This document shows positions 18,352 to 28,428 of a stretch of DNA of 64,000 nucleotides, one piece after another. The DNA is from Candidatus Fermentibacteraceae bacterium (GTDB taxonomy: Bacteria > Fermentibacterota > Fermentibacteria > Fermentibacterales > JCC-6): the NCBI GenBank assembly GCA_041750285.1, contig JBGSZS010000007.1:96001-160000 (forward strand). Reading direction: 5' to 3'. Position 1 is the first letter of the stretch. Each line of letters begins with the position of its first letter. The translations under genes and the position numbers were made by a program. The notes beneath the pieces were generated by a model. It did no database searches, had not been told where the DNA came from, and was given only the letters and a program-made list of their open reading frames with translations.

Positions 18352-18530
18352 TAGAAAAACTCGCACAGGGAGATAACTGCAGTATGAGCCTGCGAATCAT
18401 CACAAGAACCTGACAGTGCCGAAACGGGCTCTGTACGGGCCCTTGTTCCGGTGGTCTGCAGGTTCCGGCCATCTGAAGCACTTCGTGCTGTTCCTGCACT
18501 CCGCCGGGTAGAAGCCGGACGCCGTCCGGC
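18352..18530 (+). ncRNA. Candidate structured RNA (6S-like rod or cis-regulatory leader)
   Basis: Nested helices 18366-71/18491-96, 18386-94/18457-65, 18396-401/18450-55, 18402-06/18442-46, 18413-16/18431-34; side hairpins at 18477-89 and 18514-30. Confidence 0.35.
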
Positions 18531-18554
18531 AAACCTGAGAGAGGGGAGTAGGAA

Positions 18555-19709
18555 GTGAAGCTGCTTCTAACCGTTCCAGTCCTGCTTGTACTGATGCTGG
18601 GAGCATTCGGGTGCGGCTCGGAGGAGCCGGCTCCACCAGCCGCGGAGCTACCCGTTCCCGTCGACCTGACGGCCGAAGCTCCGTTGATCAGGGTTGGCTA
18701 CGTAAAGCAGGACCATCATTCCGCGATGTTCGTGTCCGCACTGAGGGGCGGGCGCATGAGCGAGCTGTACCCGGTCTATCTCGCACCTCTTGGCGAGGAC
18801 TACTACGCACTTGTCAAGGACGGCGTGAAGGTCGCCGAGATTCAGGTGATCGAGTCGCAGGGTGCTATGGAGGTTCCAAACAACATGAACGCCGGGCTCT
18901 TCGACATCGGGTTCGGCGGTGTTGCCGCCTTCGCGTCCAGCGCTGACCGCGGAACCGGGATCCGGATCATCTCTCCCCTGCATTTCGACGGCGACATGCT
19001 TGTAGTTGCCGCCGACAATGAAGCGGTGGTTGACTGGGACAGCTTCGTCGAGTGGGTGATGAACAGCCCCGAGCCCGTCACCGTTGCCTTCAAAAGCCCA
19101 ACCGCCGTTGCAGTCGTCCTTCTCGAGGGCGCTCTGAACCACTCCGGCATTCCATACAGCTACCAGTCCAATCCACAGCACGGGTCGAGGGTGCTTCTCT
19201 ACAACGCACAGGGAGAGGGAAACCTCAATCCCGCCCTCACCGAGGGAACGATACAGGCGTACGTATCGAACAACCCGCACCCCGCGCTGGCTGAGCACAG
19301 CGGCATCGGCAGAGTGGTTTGCAGCCTTTCCGAACTGCCCCCCGGGATCTTCGGCGACCACCCCTGCTGTGCCATTGCCGCCACGAGCGCCATCATTGCC
19401 GGGAATCCCGAAGGTGTTGCCGCCGTTCTCGAGCTCTTCGTCTGCGCAACGGACTACATTAACAACAACCGCGAGGACGCTGCCGCAGCGGTTTCAGAGT
19501 GGTGCGGAGTTCCTCTTGAGGTCACGCTTGAATCCATGGGGACCAGTGTCTATGACATGAGCGTGAACCAGCGCTTCATCGACAACATGCACATCATTCT
19601 GGATCACATGAGGGGTCTGAACGTTTTCTCGGGCGAGCTGCTCTCCACCGATCACGCCGTCGTGGAAGAAGTTCTCTTCGACTTCTCGATGCTTCCGGAA
19701 ACCGGGTAG
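18555..19709 (+). CDS. NMT1/CmpA-like ABC substrate-binding lipoprotein
   Basis: Lipobox AFGC; IRVGYVKQDHHSA; DHPCC motif. Confidence 0.8.
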   Translation: MKLLLTVPVLLVLMLGAFGCGSEEPAPPAAELPVPVDLTAEAPLIRVGYVKQDHHSAMFVSALRGGRMSELYPVYLAPLGEDYYALVKDGVKVAEIQVIESQGAMEVPNNMNAGLFDIGFGGVAAFASSADRGTGIRIISPLHFDGDMLVVAADNEAVVDWDSFVEWVMNSPEPVTVAFKSPTAVAVVLLEGALNHSGIPYSYQSNPQHGSRVLLYNAQGEGNLNPALTEGTIQAYVSNNPHPALAEHSGIGRVVCSLSELPPGIFGDHPCCAIAATSAIIAGNPEGVAAVLELFVCATDYINNNREDAAAAVSEWCGVPLEVTLESMGTSVYDMSVNQRFIDNMHIILDHMRGLNVFSGELLSTDHAVVEEVLFDFSMLPETG

Positions 19710-19756
19710 CGGGTGTTCCGTGCGTTCGGTAACAAGGGAGAACGAATATTAGGCAC

Positions 19757-20611
19757 TTGCCGGTAACTGCGGGGAAAGGCCGTGGCTCCGGTGTCTTTTC
19801 GCCGGAGGGGATGATCATTCCTGCACTCATTGTGGCATTCTGGTTCATGGCCACAAGGGGGGGGACGGCTCTGGTGCCATCCCCGGAGCAGGTGATGAGG
19901 GTGCTTCTGTCCCCGGGCAGCGACATCGCTTCCTGCGGCTCCCTTTTCTGGAACATCTTCGTCAGCCTCTCAAGGGTGGTCACCGGACTTCTCGCGGCCA
20001 TTTTGATCGGAACTCCGGTGGGATTCCTCATGGGCGCCCACAGGCTGTCGCGAAGACTGCTCTTCCTTGTGACAGAGATGGCCAGACCCCTTTCCCCCCT
20101 GGCACTCCTGCCTTTCTCGATAATCGTGTTCCGTGACACAACCCTGACAAAGGTGCTTGGACTGACGGAACTCCGGTACTCCAGGCACCTTTTCAACGAG
20201 ATCCAGCTTGGAATGGTGTTCATTCTGCTGTGGGGCGCGGTGTTTCCCATAATCCTCGACACCATGCACGGGGTCAGGAGCATCAGGAAAAGGCATCTCG
20301 AGGTGGCGAAGGTATCCGGAGCGGGGCGATGGTTCACCTTTCTTCACGTGATGGTCCCTGCCAGCCTTCCCGACATACTCGCAGGCTACAGGATGGCCGT
20401 GGGAAGATGCTGGATGGTCATCATTGCGGCCGAGATGCTTCCCGGGACCAATTCCGGGATCGGTTACCTCCTCCGGTACTCATACCAGATATCGCGCTAC
20501 GACGTCATGGCTGCCTGCGTCATCGTCATCGCTCTCGTGGGGGCGCTGTTCGCAAAGGGTCTGGCGGACATGGGCGAGGCAAGGCTGCTTCTCAGGGCGG
20601 AGGAGCGCTGA
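19757..20611 (+). CDS. NitT/TauT-type ABC permease
   Basis: SLSRVVTG, EVAKVSGA EAA loop, WMVIIAAEM; start uncertain. Confidence 0.85.
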   Translation: MPVTAGKGRGSGVFSPEGMIIPALIVAFWFMATRGGTALVPSPEQVMRVLLSPGSDIASCGSLFWNIFVSLSRVVTGLLAAILIGTPVGFLMGAHRLSRRLLFLVTEMARPLSPLALLPFSIIVFRDTTLTKVLGLTELRYSRHLFNEIQLGMVFILLWGAVFPIILDTMHGVRSIRKRHLEVAKVSGAGRWFTFLHVMVPASLPDILAGYRMAVGRCWMVIIAAEMLPGTNSGIGYLLRYSYQISRYDVMAACVIVIALVGALFAKGLADMGEARLLLRAEER

Positions 20612-21363
20612 TGGGGGCCGGGATAGTCATCAAAGGCCTGGAGAAGCACTTTTTTGAGAAGGATGCTGGTCTTCACGCCCTGGGACCTGTCTCCCTCACG
20701 GTTCAGCCCGGGGAGTTCCTGTGCCTTCTGGGCCCCACCGGCTGCGGGAAGACCACCCTGCTCCGCATACTCGCGGGGCTGGAAACACCGAGTTCGGGTT
20801 CGGTTGATTTTGGCGGAAGCGTTTCGCCGGGAAGGATCGGCTACGTCTTTCAGGAAGGGGCGCTGTTCCCCTGGCTGACCGCTCTTGACAACGTGGCTTT
20901 CCCGCTGCGGGCAGAAGGCGCTTCCCGGGGGGATGCAAGGGCCCGGGCCGGAACGGTTCTCCGTGATGTGGGACTTGAGGGTTTCGAGGGCAGTTATCCG
21001 CATCAGCTCTCGGGTGGAATGAGACAAAGGGTGGCCCTGGCCAGGGGTATTGCCTCCAACCCCGACATCCTTCTTCTCGATGAGCCCTTCTCGAGCGTTG
21101 ACACGAGGATGAGCCATCTTCTTCAGAACAGGATGCGCGAGCTGGCCGAGGGGCTTTCCTCGACGGTCGTGTTCGTGACCCACAACATCGAGGAAGCCGT
21201 CTTTCTGGGTCACCGGATCTGCGTGATGGGGGCAAGACCGGGCAGGATCGTGCGCGATGAAGCGATACCATTGAAAGGTGAGCGCAAAAGGCTGTCAGCA
21301 GGATTCACGGAGATCCTGCTGAGTTTCAGGCGGACGTTCGAGGAGCAGGTCGCTCCTGTTTAG
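20611..21363 (+). CDS. NitT/TauT-type ABC ATPase
   Basis: GPTGCGKT, LSGGMRQR, LLLDEPF, VTH; ATG overlaps the permease TGA. Confidence 0.9.
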   Translation: MGAGIVIKGLEKHFFEKDAGLHALGPVSLTVQPGEFLCLLGPTGCGKTTLLRILAGLETPSSGSVDFGGSVSPGRIGYVFQEGALFPWLTALDNVAFPLRAEGASRGDARARAGTVLRDVGLEGFEGSYPHQLSGGMRQRVALARGIASNPDILLLDEPFSSVDTRMSHLLQNRMRELAEGLSSTVVFVTHNIEEAVFLGHRICVMGARPGRIVRDEAIPLKGERKRLSAGFTEILLSFRRTFEEQVAPV

Positions 21364-21497
21364 CGTTTCTTTTTCAGGTGCATGAAGAGCACGAGGGCAA
21401 TGGTGTCCAGCGATGCAAGCGTGGCAAGCGTCTGGCCATCGCCGTAGCTGTTGATTCCGAAACCGAACCTCAGAATGATGAAGACCAGTGTTCCCAT
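21360..21497 (-). CDS. Small (45 aa) membrane protein, not in the ORF track
   Basis: MGTLVFIILRFGFGINSYGDGQTLATLASLDTIALVLFMHLKKKR; RBS GGAGG 6 nt before ATG; own promoter. Confidence 0.6.
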   Translation of the reverse strand: MGTLVFIILRFGFGINSYGDGQTLATLASLDTIALVLFMHLKKKR

Positions 21498-21535
21498 AGT
21501 TGACCTCCGTTTGACGGTTGCATGCACTTGTACAC

Positions 21536-21564
21536 AGTATAGGGCATTGCGCGGGGATTGTCAC
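21536..21564 (-). promoter_or_regulatory. Sigma70-type promoter of the 45-aa gene
   Basis: Minus strand GTGACA, 17 bp, TATACT. Confidence 0.55.
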
Positions 21565-21593
21565 TAAGCTGCAGGCGTAAAAGGCGGGGGGCG

Positions 21594-22721
21594 TTGAAAA
21601 CGATTCGTGATTCCCGGATCATCGTGAACAATGGCTCCGAAGCCGTCTTCAGCGGTGTCATCACCCCCCGGCAACTGAGGGACGTCAGCAGGGCCTTCAA
21701 CTCCCTCGATGCGCGGGGCGAAGTCGTCCTCGATTTCACCGGATGCAGCGGGTTCGACGGCGTGGTGGCCGCCAGGATCTGGAGCGGCATCCTCTCCCTC
21801 GAAGCCTCGGGCGCAAGAGTCAAAGTGACGGGCATGGCGCCGAACCTCGTCAAGCTCCTTTCCGATTACACGGCGCTCGACCGGCGGGAGCTGCCCGAAG
21901 TGAGGCAGGGCTGGCTGTTCCGCCACTTTTCCGACATTGGTGAGAAGGTCGCCGCCGGGTTGGACAGCGCAAGGGGTCTCGTCAATTTCTCAGTGAACTC
22001 GGCCTTTTCGATAGCTGATGCCCTTCTGAAGCCACACAGGATCAGGTGGACGCTGGTGGCCTATTACATGGAGCAGGCAGGCGTCATGGCCATCCCAATC
22101 ATCGTCACACTTCAGATACTGCTCGGGTTCATCCTGGGTTATCAGGCGGGGATCCAGATGGGTACGCTCGGGGCGGCCAAGTACATGCCCCGTATACTCG
22201 CCTATTCGATCTTCTGGGAGATAGGACCCATGCTCACCGCGGTTCTCGTTGCTGGAAGGTCGGGGTCAGCATTCGCCGCCGAGATAGGGACCATGAAGGT
22301 CCGCCAGGAGGTGGATGCCCTCGAGGTGATGGGGTTCAACCTCTGTGGTTACATTGTCGCCCCCAAGGTCCTTGCGCTTTACGCCGTCATGCCCTTCCTG
22401 GTTCTCCTTTCCAATTTCAGCGGCCTTTTCGGCGCACTCCTCGCGGGTGAGATCTTCCTTGACATACCCGCACGCGTGTTCGTGGAGGAGATCCGGACCT
22501 CGCTGATCCCTCTGGATGTCTACTGGGGCATGATAAAGAGCCTGTTCTACTCGGGGATCATAGCCATAACGGGCTGCTTCATGGGAATAAGGGTCCGCGG
22601 CGGAGCCGCGGCCGTTGGACGGGCCACCACCAGCGCCGTCGTGAGCGGGATATTCCAGGTAATACTGGCCGATGCCCTGCTTTCCCTGGTGCTGGCCGAG
22701 ATCAGGCCGCCGGTGATCTGA
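21594..22721 (+). CDS. mlaE: MlaE-family permease with N-terminal STAS-like domain
   Basis: EIGPMLTAVLVAGRSGSAFAAEIGTMKVRQEVDAL, VGRATTSAVV. Confidence 0.85.
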   Translation: MKTIRDSRIIVNNGSEAVFSGVITPRQLRDVSRAFNSLDARGEVVLDFTGCSGFDGVVAARIWSGILSLEASGARVKVTGMAPNLVKLLSDYTALDRRELPEVRQGWLFRHFSDIGEKVAAGLDSARGLVNFSVNSAFSIADALLKPHRIRWTLVAYYMEQAGVMAIPIIVTLQILLGFILGYQAGIQMGTLGAAKYMPRILAYSIFWEIGPMLTAVLVAGRSGSAFAAEIGTMKVRQEVDALEVMGFNLCGYIVAPKVLALYAVMPFLVLLSNFSGLFGALLAGEIFLDIPARVFVEEIRTSLIPLDVYWGMIKSLFYSGIIAITGCFMGIRVRGGAAAVGRATTSAVVSGIFQVILADALLSLVLAEIRPPVI

Positions 22722-23488
22722 TGCAAAGGGAGGACAATGTTCTGATGGGCACCAGGAACCTCACGGGGGGGTACGACTCAGACATGGTCCTCGAGAATGT
22801 AAGCATGGATGTTTACTGCGGAGAGGTACTGGTGATAGTTGGTCGGTCCGGGTGCGGGAAAAGCACGCTCATGAACCACCTGCTCGGTCTGCTGAAACCC
22901 TGGGAGGGTACCGTCACCTACAGGGGTGCCGACATCTGGGAGTCACCGGAACGCCTTGACAGTGCAAGGAAGAAGTGGGGCGTCCTGTTTCAGTCCGGAG
23001 CGCTCCTCGGAAGCTACACAACTATTGAGAACGTAATGCTGCCGCTTCAGGAGTTCACACAGCTCACCGCTCCCGAGAGACGCATTGCGGCCCTTCACAA
23101 GCTTGACATGGTTGGACTCGCGGAGTTTGCGCATTATTATCCCCTTGAGCTTTCCGGTGGAATGCAGAAAAGGGCGGGACTCGCCCGCGCAATGGCGCTC
23201 GATCCCGAGGTGCTCTTCTTCGATGAGCCTTCCGCGGGGCTGGATCCCGTAACCTCTCATTCTCTGGATGAACTGATGCTTTCGATAAACAAGACGCTGG
23301 GCACGACCCTTGTTGTCGTGACCCATGAACTGGACAGCATATTCGCCATCAGCGACAGAGTGATCATGCTCGACGCTGAAGAGAAGGGGATCATCGCAGT
23401 GGGAAGCCCCGAGGATCTGGCCACGCACCACAACGACGCGAGGGTTGAAGCCTTCTTCGACAGAAAGGCCGTGCCGTCGAGATCATGA
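22721..23488 (+). CDS. mlaF: MlaF/Mkl-family ABC ATPase
   Basis: GRSGCGKS, GVLFQSGAL, LSGGMQKRAGLARA, FFDEPSAGLDP. Confidence 0.88.
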   Translation: MQREDNVLMGTRNLTGGYDSDMVLENVSMDVYCGEVLVIVGRSGCGKSTLMNHLLGLLKPWEGTVTYRGADIWESPERLDSARKKWGVLFQSGALLGSYTTIENVMLPLQEFTQLTAPERRIAALHKLDMVGLAEFAHYYPLELSGGMQKRAGLARAMALDPEVLFFDEPSAGLDPVTSHSLDELMLSINKTLGTTLVVVTHELDSIFAISDRVIMLDAEEKGIIAVGSPEDLATHHNDARVEAFFDRKAVPSRS

Positions 23489-24357
23489 TGAAGGCAAACA
23501 AACTCAGGCTTGGTATTTTCTTCGTTGTAACCATGGCTTTCTTCCTTGCAGTCATCATCTGGCTGACCGGCGGGTTGAGCGGAAAGAAGATGGTTCCCTA
23601 CGTCTGCTACTTCGACTGGTCGGTGAGCGGGCTGAGCCTCGGAAGCGAGGTCATGTACAACGGTGTTCTCGTGGGAAGCGTGAGAAGCATCTCCATCGCA
23701 CCCGACGGCAGGCTCGTACAGGTTCTCATGGAAGTCGACCCATCCTTCGTCGTCGATCATGAGATCACGGCTTGCCTGACCACCGCCGGGATCACGGGCA
23801 GCCAGAAGATCGATCTGAGCCGTTCCGTCGAGGGGGAAACCCAGCTGAACAGGGCCGGCGACCTTGGTTTCACACCTCCCGCCGTTGTCATACCGGTCAC
23901 CTCAGGCATGATGCAGAAGCTTTCGCACGGTGCCGACCGACTCGTGGAGATAATGGACATCGTCGATTTCGAGGTTCTTAACGAGGAACTCAACAGGATG
24001 CTCGTCAACGTGAACAGGCTCATGGATGCAGCTGAAGTCGAGGTTCTCGTGGAGTGTCTGGTGTCCAACTCCCGAAACCTTGACTCCCTGCTGATTACGT
24101 ACAACAGGCTGGGGCGCAACGCTGACCTTCTGGTGACACAGATGCGCGCCGAGCTTCCCGGTCTTTCCTCCGACGCGCGGCACCTCATGGAAAGCCTCGA
24201 GGAACTTACGCAGGTCCTGAATGCCTTTACCCGGAACGCCGATGCGCTTCTGGAACCCGTCTCGGGTTTCGCAGGAGAAGCCAGGGAGCTGATGCCATTG
24301 CTCAGGGAAGGTCTCGACGCGATGATCTCTCCCCAAGGAAGAGAGGTAGTGTGGTAG
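23485..24357 (+). CDS. mlaD: MlaD/MCE-domain protein
   Basis: N-terminal TM helix; SVSGLSLGSEVMYNGVLVGSV; helical C-terminus. Confidence 0.85.
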   Translation: MMKANKLRLGIFFVVTMAFFLAVIIWLTGGLSGKKMVPYVCYFDWSVSGLSLGSEVMYNGVLVGSVRSISIAPDGRLVQVLMEVDPSFVVDHEITACLTTAGITGSQKIDLSRSVEGETQLNRAGDLGFTPPAVVIPVTSGMMQKLSHGADRLVEIMDIVDFEVLNEELNRMLVNVNRLMDAAEVEVLVECLVSNSRNLDSLLITYNRLGRNADLLVTQMRAELPGLSSDARHLMESLEELTQVLNAFTRNADALLEPVSGFAGEARELMPLLREGLDAMISPQGREVVW

Positions 24358-24986
24358 TCAAAAAGGGCCCGGGCGCCGCAGTCACGGTCTTTATTCTGCT
24401 CTGCGCGGTTTCGTGCATTACTGTGAACGTTCCGATCGGTGGCAGCGATGGAGAACCCGTCACGAGATGGTACCTTTCCTGGAACCGCCCCGAGTCTTCC
24501 GGACCCTTCCTCGGTGGAGCCCTCAGGGTCAAGGAGTTCGGAGCCGCGTCGGACTACTCGCTGACCGCAATGACCCTGAAGTACGCCGAGGGAACCCTGT
24601 CCGAGGCTTCTGAAGACCGGTGGGCAACACGGATACCATTGATGCTTTCGGAAATGCTCGCCGGCGATCTCGCCGCCATGGGCGTCTTCGGTTCGGTGTT
24701 CTCATATGCGGCCTCACCGCAGGACATGCTTCTTGTCGAGGGTTTCGTGAGGGAGTTCGGGGCCACCAGGAATACGGATGGCGTCTGGACGGCGATTCTC
24801 GACGTCGATGTCATTCTGCTGGGCGACCGGGGCAACACCCTGCTGTTCCACAAGAACTACAGGCTGGAGAGGGAGATGGGCACGGTCGGCATTCCTGAAA
24901 TGGTGAACCAGCTCAATGTCCTGGGCGAGATCTGGAGTGAGACAGCCAGAGGCGACATCGTGAGCGCCCTGCTTCCCAGGAGGTAG
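24351..24986 (+). CDS. PqiC-like ABC auxiliary lipoprotein
   Basis: Lipobox AVSC; conserved RWA motif; follows mlaD. Confidence 0.65.
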   Translation: MVVKKGPGAAVTVFILLCAVSCITVNVPIGGSDGEPVTRWYLSWNRPESSGPFLGGALRVKEFGAASDYSLTAMTLKYAEGTLSEASEDRWATRIPLMLSEMLAGDLAAMGVFGSVFSYAASPQDMLLVEGFVREFGATRNTDGVWTAILDVDVILLGDRGNTLLFHKNYRLEREMGTVGIPEMVNQLNVLGEIWSETARGDIVSALLPRR

Positions 24987-24988
24987 CA

Positions 24989-25894
24989 TTGGGTCTCTTC
25001 AGAAGAAGAACCGAGGAAGCCGCGCCCGGTTTTCATGAAAGACCCGCGCCGCCCTTCGATGAGCTTGGCAACTTCATCATCGTCGTTCTCGACAGCTGCA
25101 GGTACGACACGTTCATCGAGGCCGCCCCCAGGGTCATCACAAGGCTCGGCGCTCCCGAACAGAGGTTCAGCTACGCTTCCTGGACTGCGCCGTCCCACTA
25201 CAACCTGCTGATGGGTCTGATGCCCCATACCAGCCCCGCCGGGGTTTTTGCCAGCGAATACTACAAGAAGGATTTCCTGGCTTTCAACAGAAGGCTCGGC
25301 GCACGTGAGATCGAGTTCAAAAGCCTCGTGCCCAGACTGTATCTGCCCGACTACCTGCGCGACTCCCTGGGATACCGGACACACGCCATGGTCTCCCTTC
25401 CGGTTCTGAACTCATTCACTCCCCTCAACCGCGGCTTCGACACATTCCGTCTCATGGACAGACACAACGACATGAACGCAATGCTGGATCTTTTGACCTT
25501 TCCTTCGGACAGACCCAGCTTCTACCTCCTGAACACGGGGGAGACACACTACCCCTACGCCACGCCCGACGAACCCGAGAATGAGTGGCCCAGGATGAGC
25601 GGCGTGCACGGTGTTTTCAAGCACCTGGACGACCATGCCCTTTCGGGAGGCGACCACGATGACCGTTTCTTCGACGAAACCCAGATGGGGATCCTGAGGG
25701 AACGGCAGGTCAATGCGGTCAGGTGGCTGGACAGGGTCTTTGAAAGACTATTCGATATCGTCCCCAAGAACACCTGGATCACCGTGACCTCCGACCACGG
25801 CGAGCTCTTCGGCGAGGGTGGCTTTTTCGGCCACGGTCCGGTCTTTCATGAGAAGGTTTTCCAGGTGCCGTTTCTGGAAGGTGGAATAAGGTAG
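24989..25894 (+). CDS. Alkaline-phosphatase/sulfatase-like metalloenzyme
   Basis: VVLDSCRYD, ASWTAPSH, ETHYPY, TSDHGELFGE...GH. Confidence 0.75.
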   Translation: MGLFRRRTEEAAPGFHERPAPPFDELGNFIIVVLDSCRYDTFIEAAPRVITRLGAPEQRFSYASWTAPSHYNLLMGLMPHTSPAGVFASEYYKKDFLAFNRRLGAREIEFKSLVPRLYLPDYLRDSLGYRTHAMVSLPVLNSFTPLNRGFDTFRLMDRHNDMNAMLDLLTFPSDRPSFYLLNTGETHYPYATPDEPENEWPRMSGVHGVFKHLDDHALSGGDHDDRFFDETQMGILRERQVNAVRWLDRVFERLFDIVPKNTWITVTSDHGELFGEGGFFGHGPVFHEKVFQVPFLEGGIR

Positions 25895-25896
25895 GC

Positions 25897-27714
25897 ATGA
25901 GCAGCGAGAGTACTTTGAAGTTCAAGGCCGAGACCAGGAGAGTTCTGGACATAGTCATCCACAGCCTCTACTCCCATCGCGAGATATTCCTGAGGGAACT
26001 GATCTCCAACGGCTCCGACGCGCTTGACAGGCTCAGGTTCGAAGGTCTGACCCGTGAGGACCTGCTTCCCCCCGACTACACTCCCGAGGTTCACGTGATC
26101 CCCGACGAGAACGCACGCACCCTCACTGTGACCGACAACGGCATCGGCATGAACAGGGCCGACCTGACGGACAACCTGGGGACGATCGCCTCCTCGGGCA
26201 CCCTGAAGTTCGCCGCCGCCGCGGCATCCAGCGAGAGCGCCCCCGAACTCATTGGGAAGTTCGGCGTCGGTTTCTACAGCTCCTTCATGGTGGCCGACAG
26301 GGTGACGGTGAAGACAAGGAAGGCGGGCGACGGGAAGGGATGGATCTGGGAGAGCGACGGCCGCGAAACCTACACGATCAACCAGGCGGACGACATCCCC
26401 TTCGGCACATCGGTGATACTTCACCTTCACGAGGACCACAAGGAATACCTCGACGCATGGAGGCTCCGCTCACTGGTGACCGAGTACAGCGACTTCGTGA
26501 GTCACCCCGTCATCCTCCACACGAAGGACGGCAAGGTCGACCGTGTGAACACCGGCACCCCCATATGGCTGCGGAGTGAAGAGAGCGTGGAAGAGGCCGA
26601 GTACGACCGCTTCTACACTCATTTGACGCACGACGGCGAAAAACCGCTGGCCAGGATAGTCTTCCGGGGCGAAGGGGTGACCGAGTTCAGAGCGCTCCTG
26701 TTCATTCCCCGGGAAAGGTCCTTCGGGATGATGATGCCCGACAACAGGCCAGGGGTGAGCCTGTTCGTCAGGAGGGTCCTCGTTCAGAAGGAGGCTGACG
26801 ACCTTCTTCCGCCCTACCTCCGCTTCGTCAGGGGCGTGGTCGAGGCCGAGGGGCTCAGCCTCAACATCTCCCGCGAGACCATTCAGCAGGACAGGGAGAT
26901 GGAAAGGATCAACAGGGCCCTCACCAAGAAGATCCACGCAAAACTGTCCGACATCATGAAGGACGATCCTGAAGCCTACCGCAGTTTCTTCGTGAACATG
27001 GGCGACTTCATAAGGGAAGGGGTGTGCACCCACACCGAACGCCGGACAGAACTGGCCGGGCTGCTTCTTGTGAACACCACCGCCACCGGGGAGCCCGAAC
27101 CCTTCACCTCCGTCGCGGAAAGATTTCCCGAAAAAGCTTCAATTCCCTACATAACGGGAACGGATATCAGGGAACTGAAGCTCTCTCCACTTCTGGAATC
27201 GCGAGAGGGCGAGGTGCTTTTGCTGGATGCCCCGCTAGACGGCCTCGTTGCGGAAACGCTCAGGGAGTTCAAGGGGCGGCAGCTTGTCAATCTTGCAACC
27301 GAAAGTGCCGAGAAGGAGCTTTCGAGCGAGGAGAGGGAGAAGAGGGCTGAATCGGAGAAGAAATACTCCGACCTCATCACGAGATTCCGCGAGATACTGG
27401 GCGACCGGGTATCGGGAATAAGGTTCTCCCCGAAACTCACCACCACGCCATGCGTGCTGGTGAGTGGCGCCGACGATCCCGGCGACACGTTCAGGATGAT
27501 GATGAGAGCCATGAACAGGGATGTCACCGAACCGAAGCGGATCCTCGAACTCAATCCCGCGCACCCCATGACCGTCTCGCTTGACGCCAGGCTCAGGAAC
27601 GGCGAGGACATCACGGACCTCGTGAACATGGTGCTGGAGCTGGCAAGGGTCACGAGCGGGCTTCGACCCGAAAACCCGGCCGCTTTCGGGCGCTTCGTGG
27701 GCTCGCTGTTCTAG
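25897..27714 (+). CDS. htpG: Molecular chaperone HtpG (Hsp90)
   Basis: YSHREIFLRELISN, DNGIGM, NLGTIASSGT, IGKFGVGFYS, LELNPAHP. Confidence 0.95.
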   Translation: MSSESTLKFKAETRRVLDIVIHSLYSHREIFLRELISNGSDALDRLRFEGLTREDLLPPDYTPEVHVIPDENARTLTVTDNGIGMNRADLTDNLGTIASSGTLKFAAAAASSESAPELIGKFGVGFYSSFMVADRVTVKTRKAGDGKGWIWESDGRETYTINQADDIPFGTSVILHLHEDHKEYLDAWRLRSLVTEYSDFVSHPVILHTKDGKVDRVNTGTPIWLRSEESVEEAEYDRFYTHLTHDGEKPLARIVFRGEGVTEFRALLFIPRERSFGMMMPDNRPGVSLFVRRVLVQKEADDLLPPYLRFVRGVVEAEGLSLNISRETIQQDREMERINRALTKKIHAKLSDIMKDDPEAYRSFFVNMGDFIREGVCTHTERRTELAGLLLVNTTATGEPEPFTSVAERFPEKASIPYITGTDIRELKLSPLLESREGEVLLLDAPLDGLVAETLREFKGRQLVNLATESAEKELSSEEREKRAESEKKYSDLITRFREILGDRVSGIRFSPKLTTTPCVLVSGADDPGDTFRMMMRAMNRDVTEPKRILELNPAHPMTVSLDARLRNGEDITDLVNMVLELARVTSGLRPENPAAFGRFVGSLF

Positions 27715-28428
27715 ATGAAATACTTCGTGGTCTCTCTCGCGGCCTTCATTCCGGGGATAGCCTGGCTGGTCTACTTCTACAGGTGCGACCGGTACGAACC
27801 CGAACCGGTAAAGCTCGTGATCCGCACCTTCATCGTCGGGATGCTCGTGGCCCTTGCCTTGGGAACCGCCTACAGCGGGCTCGATTACCCGTGGGGACCC
27901 TACATGTGGGCTGCGGTCATTTTCGCACCGCTGGTGGAGGAACCCGCGAAGTTCCTTGCTGTAAGGTGGACCGTGTTCAACAGCAGGCAGTTCAACGAAC
28001 CGTTCGACGGGATCATATACGCCGTTTCGGCGGCGCTTGGTTTCGCCGCGGTAGAGAACATCATGTACGTGGCGGGGGGGTGGTTCGAGATCAACCCCAT
28101 GGCCGGGTTGCTGACCCTTCTTTCACGAACCGTTCTCAGCGTTCCGGGTCACGCCCTCTTCAGTGCATGGTGGGGTGCGGCCCTGGGCTTTTCCAAGGGC
28201 AAAAAACCATTGACGCAGGTTCTGATGGTCGGCGGCGGCCTTCTGGCTTCGATGGTCTTCCACGGAGCATTCAACTGGTTTGCCGGCAACGAGGTGCTTG
28301 GCGGTCTGGCATTCCTTGCGTTCCTCACTTTGCTCTGGCGCGTCACCTGGGTGCGCCTGATCAAGCCTGCGCTGAGTGCATCACCCTTCAGACCCGCCCC
28401 GGAAAAGGGCGATGAACCTTCCCCCTGA
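27715..28428 (+). CDS. PrsW-family intramembrane metalloprotease
   Basis: DRYEPEP, LVEEPAK, GFAAVENI, GHALFS, FHGAFN. Confidence 0.85.
   Translation: MKYFVVSLAAFIPGIAWLVYFYRCDRYEPEPVKLVIRTFIVGMLVALALGTAYSGLDYPWGPYMWAAVIFAPLVEEPAKFLAVRWTVFNSRQFNEPFDGIIYAVSAALGFAAVENIMYVAGGWFEINPMAGLLTLLSRTVLSVPGHALFSAWWGAALGFSKGKKPLTQVLMVGGGLLASMVFHGAFNWFAGNEVLGGLAFLAFLTLLWRVTWVRLIKPALSASPFRPAPEKGDEPSP

Noticed and set aside
18384..18551. 55-codon Cys-rich frame with two in-frame TGAs (MSLRIITRT*QCRNGLC...AI*STSCCSC...) ending just before the ABC gene
   Set aside because: No recognisable family, no UxxC context, and Cys/TGA-rich frames arise easily by chance in GC-rich DNA; the RNA structure explains the region better.
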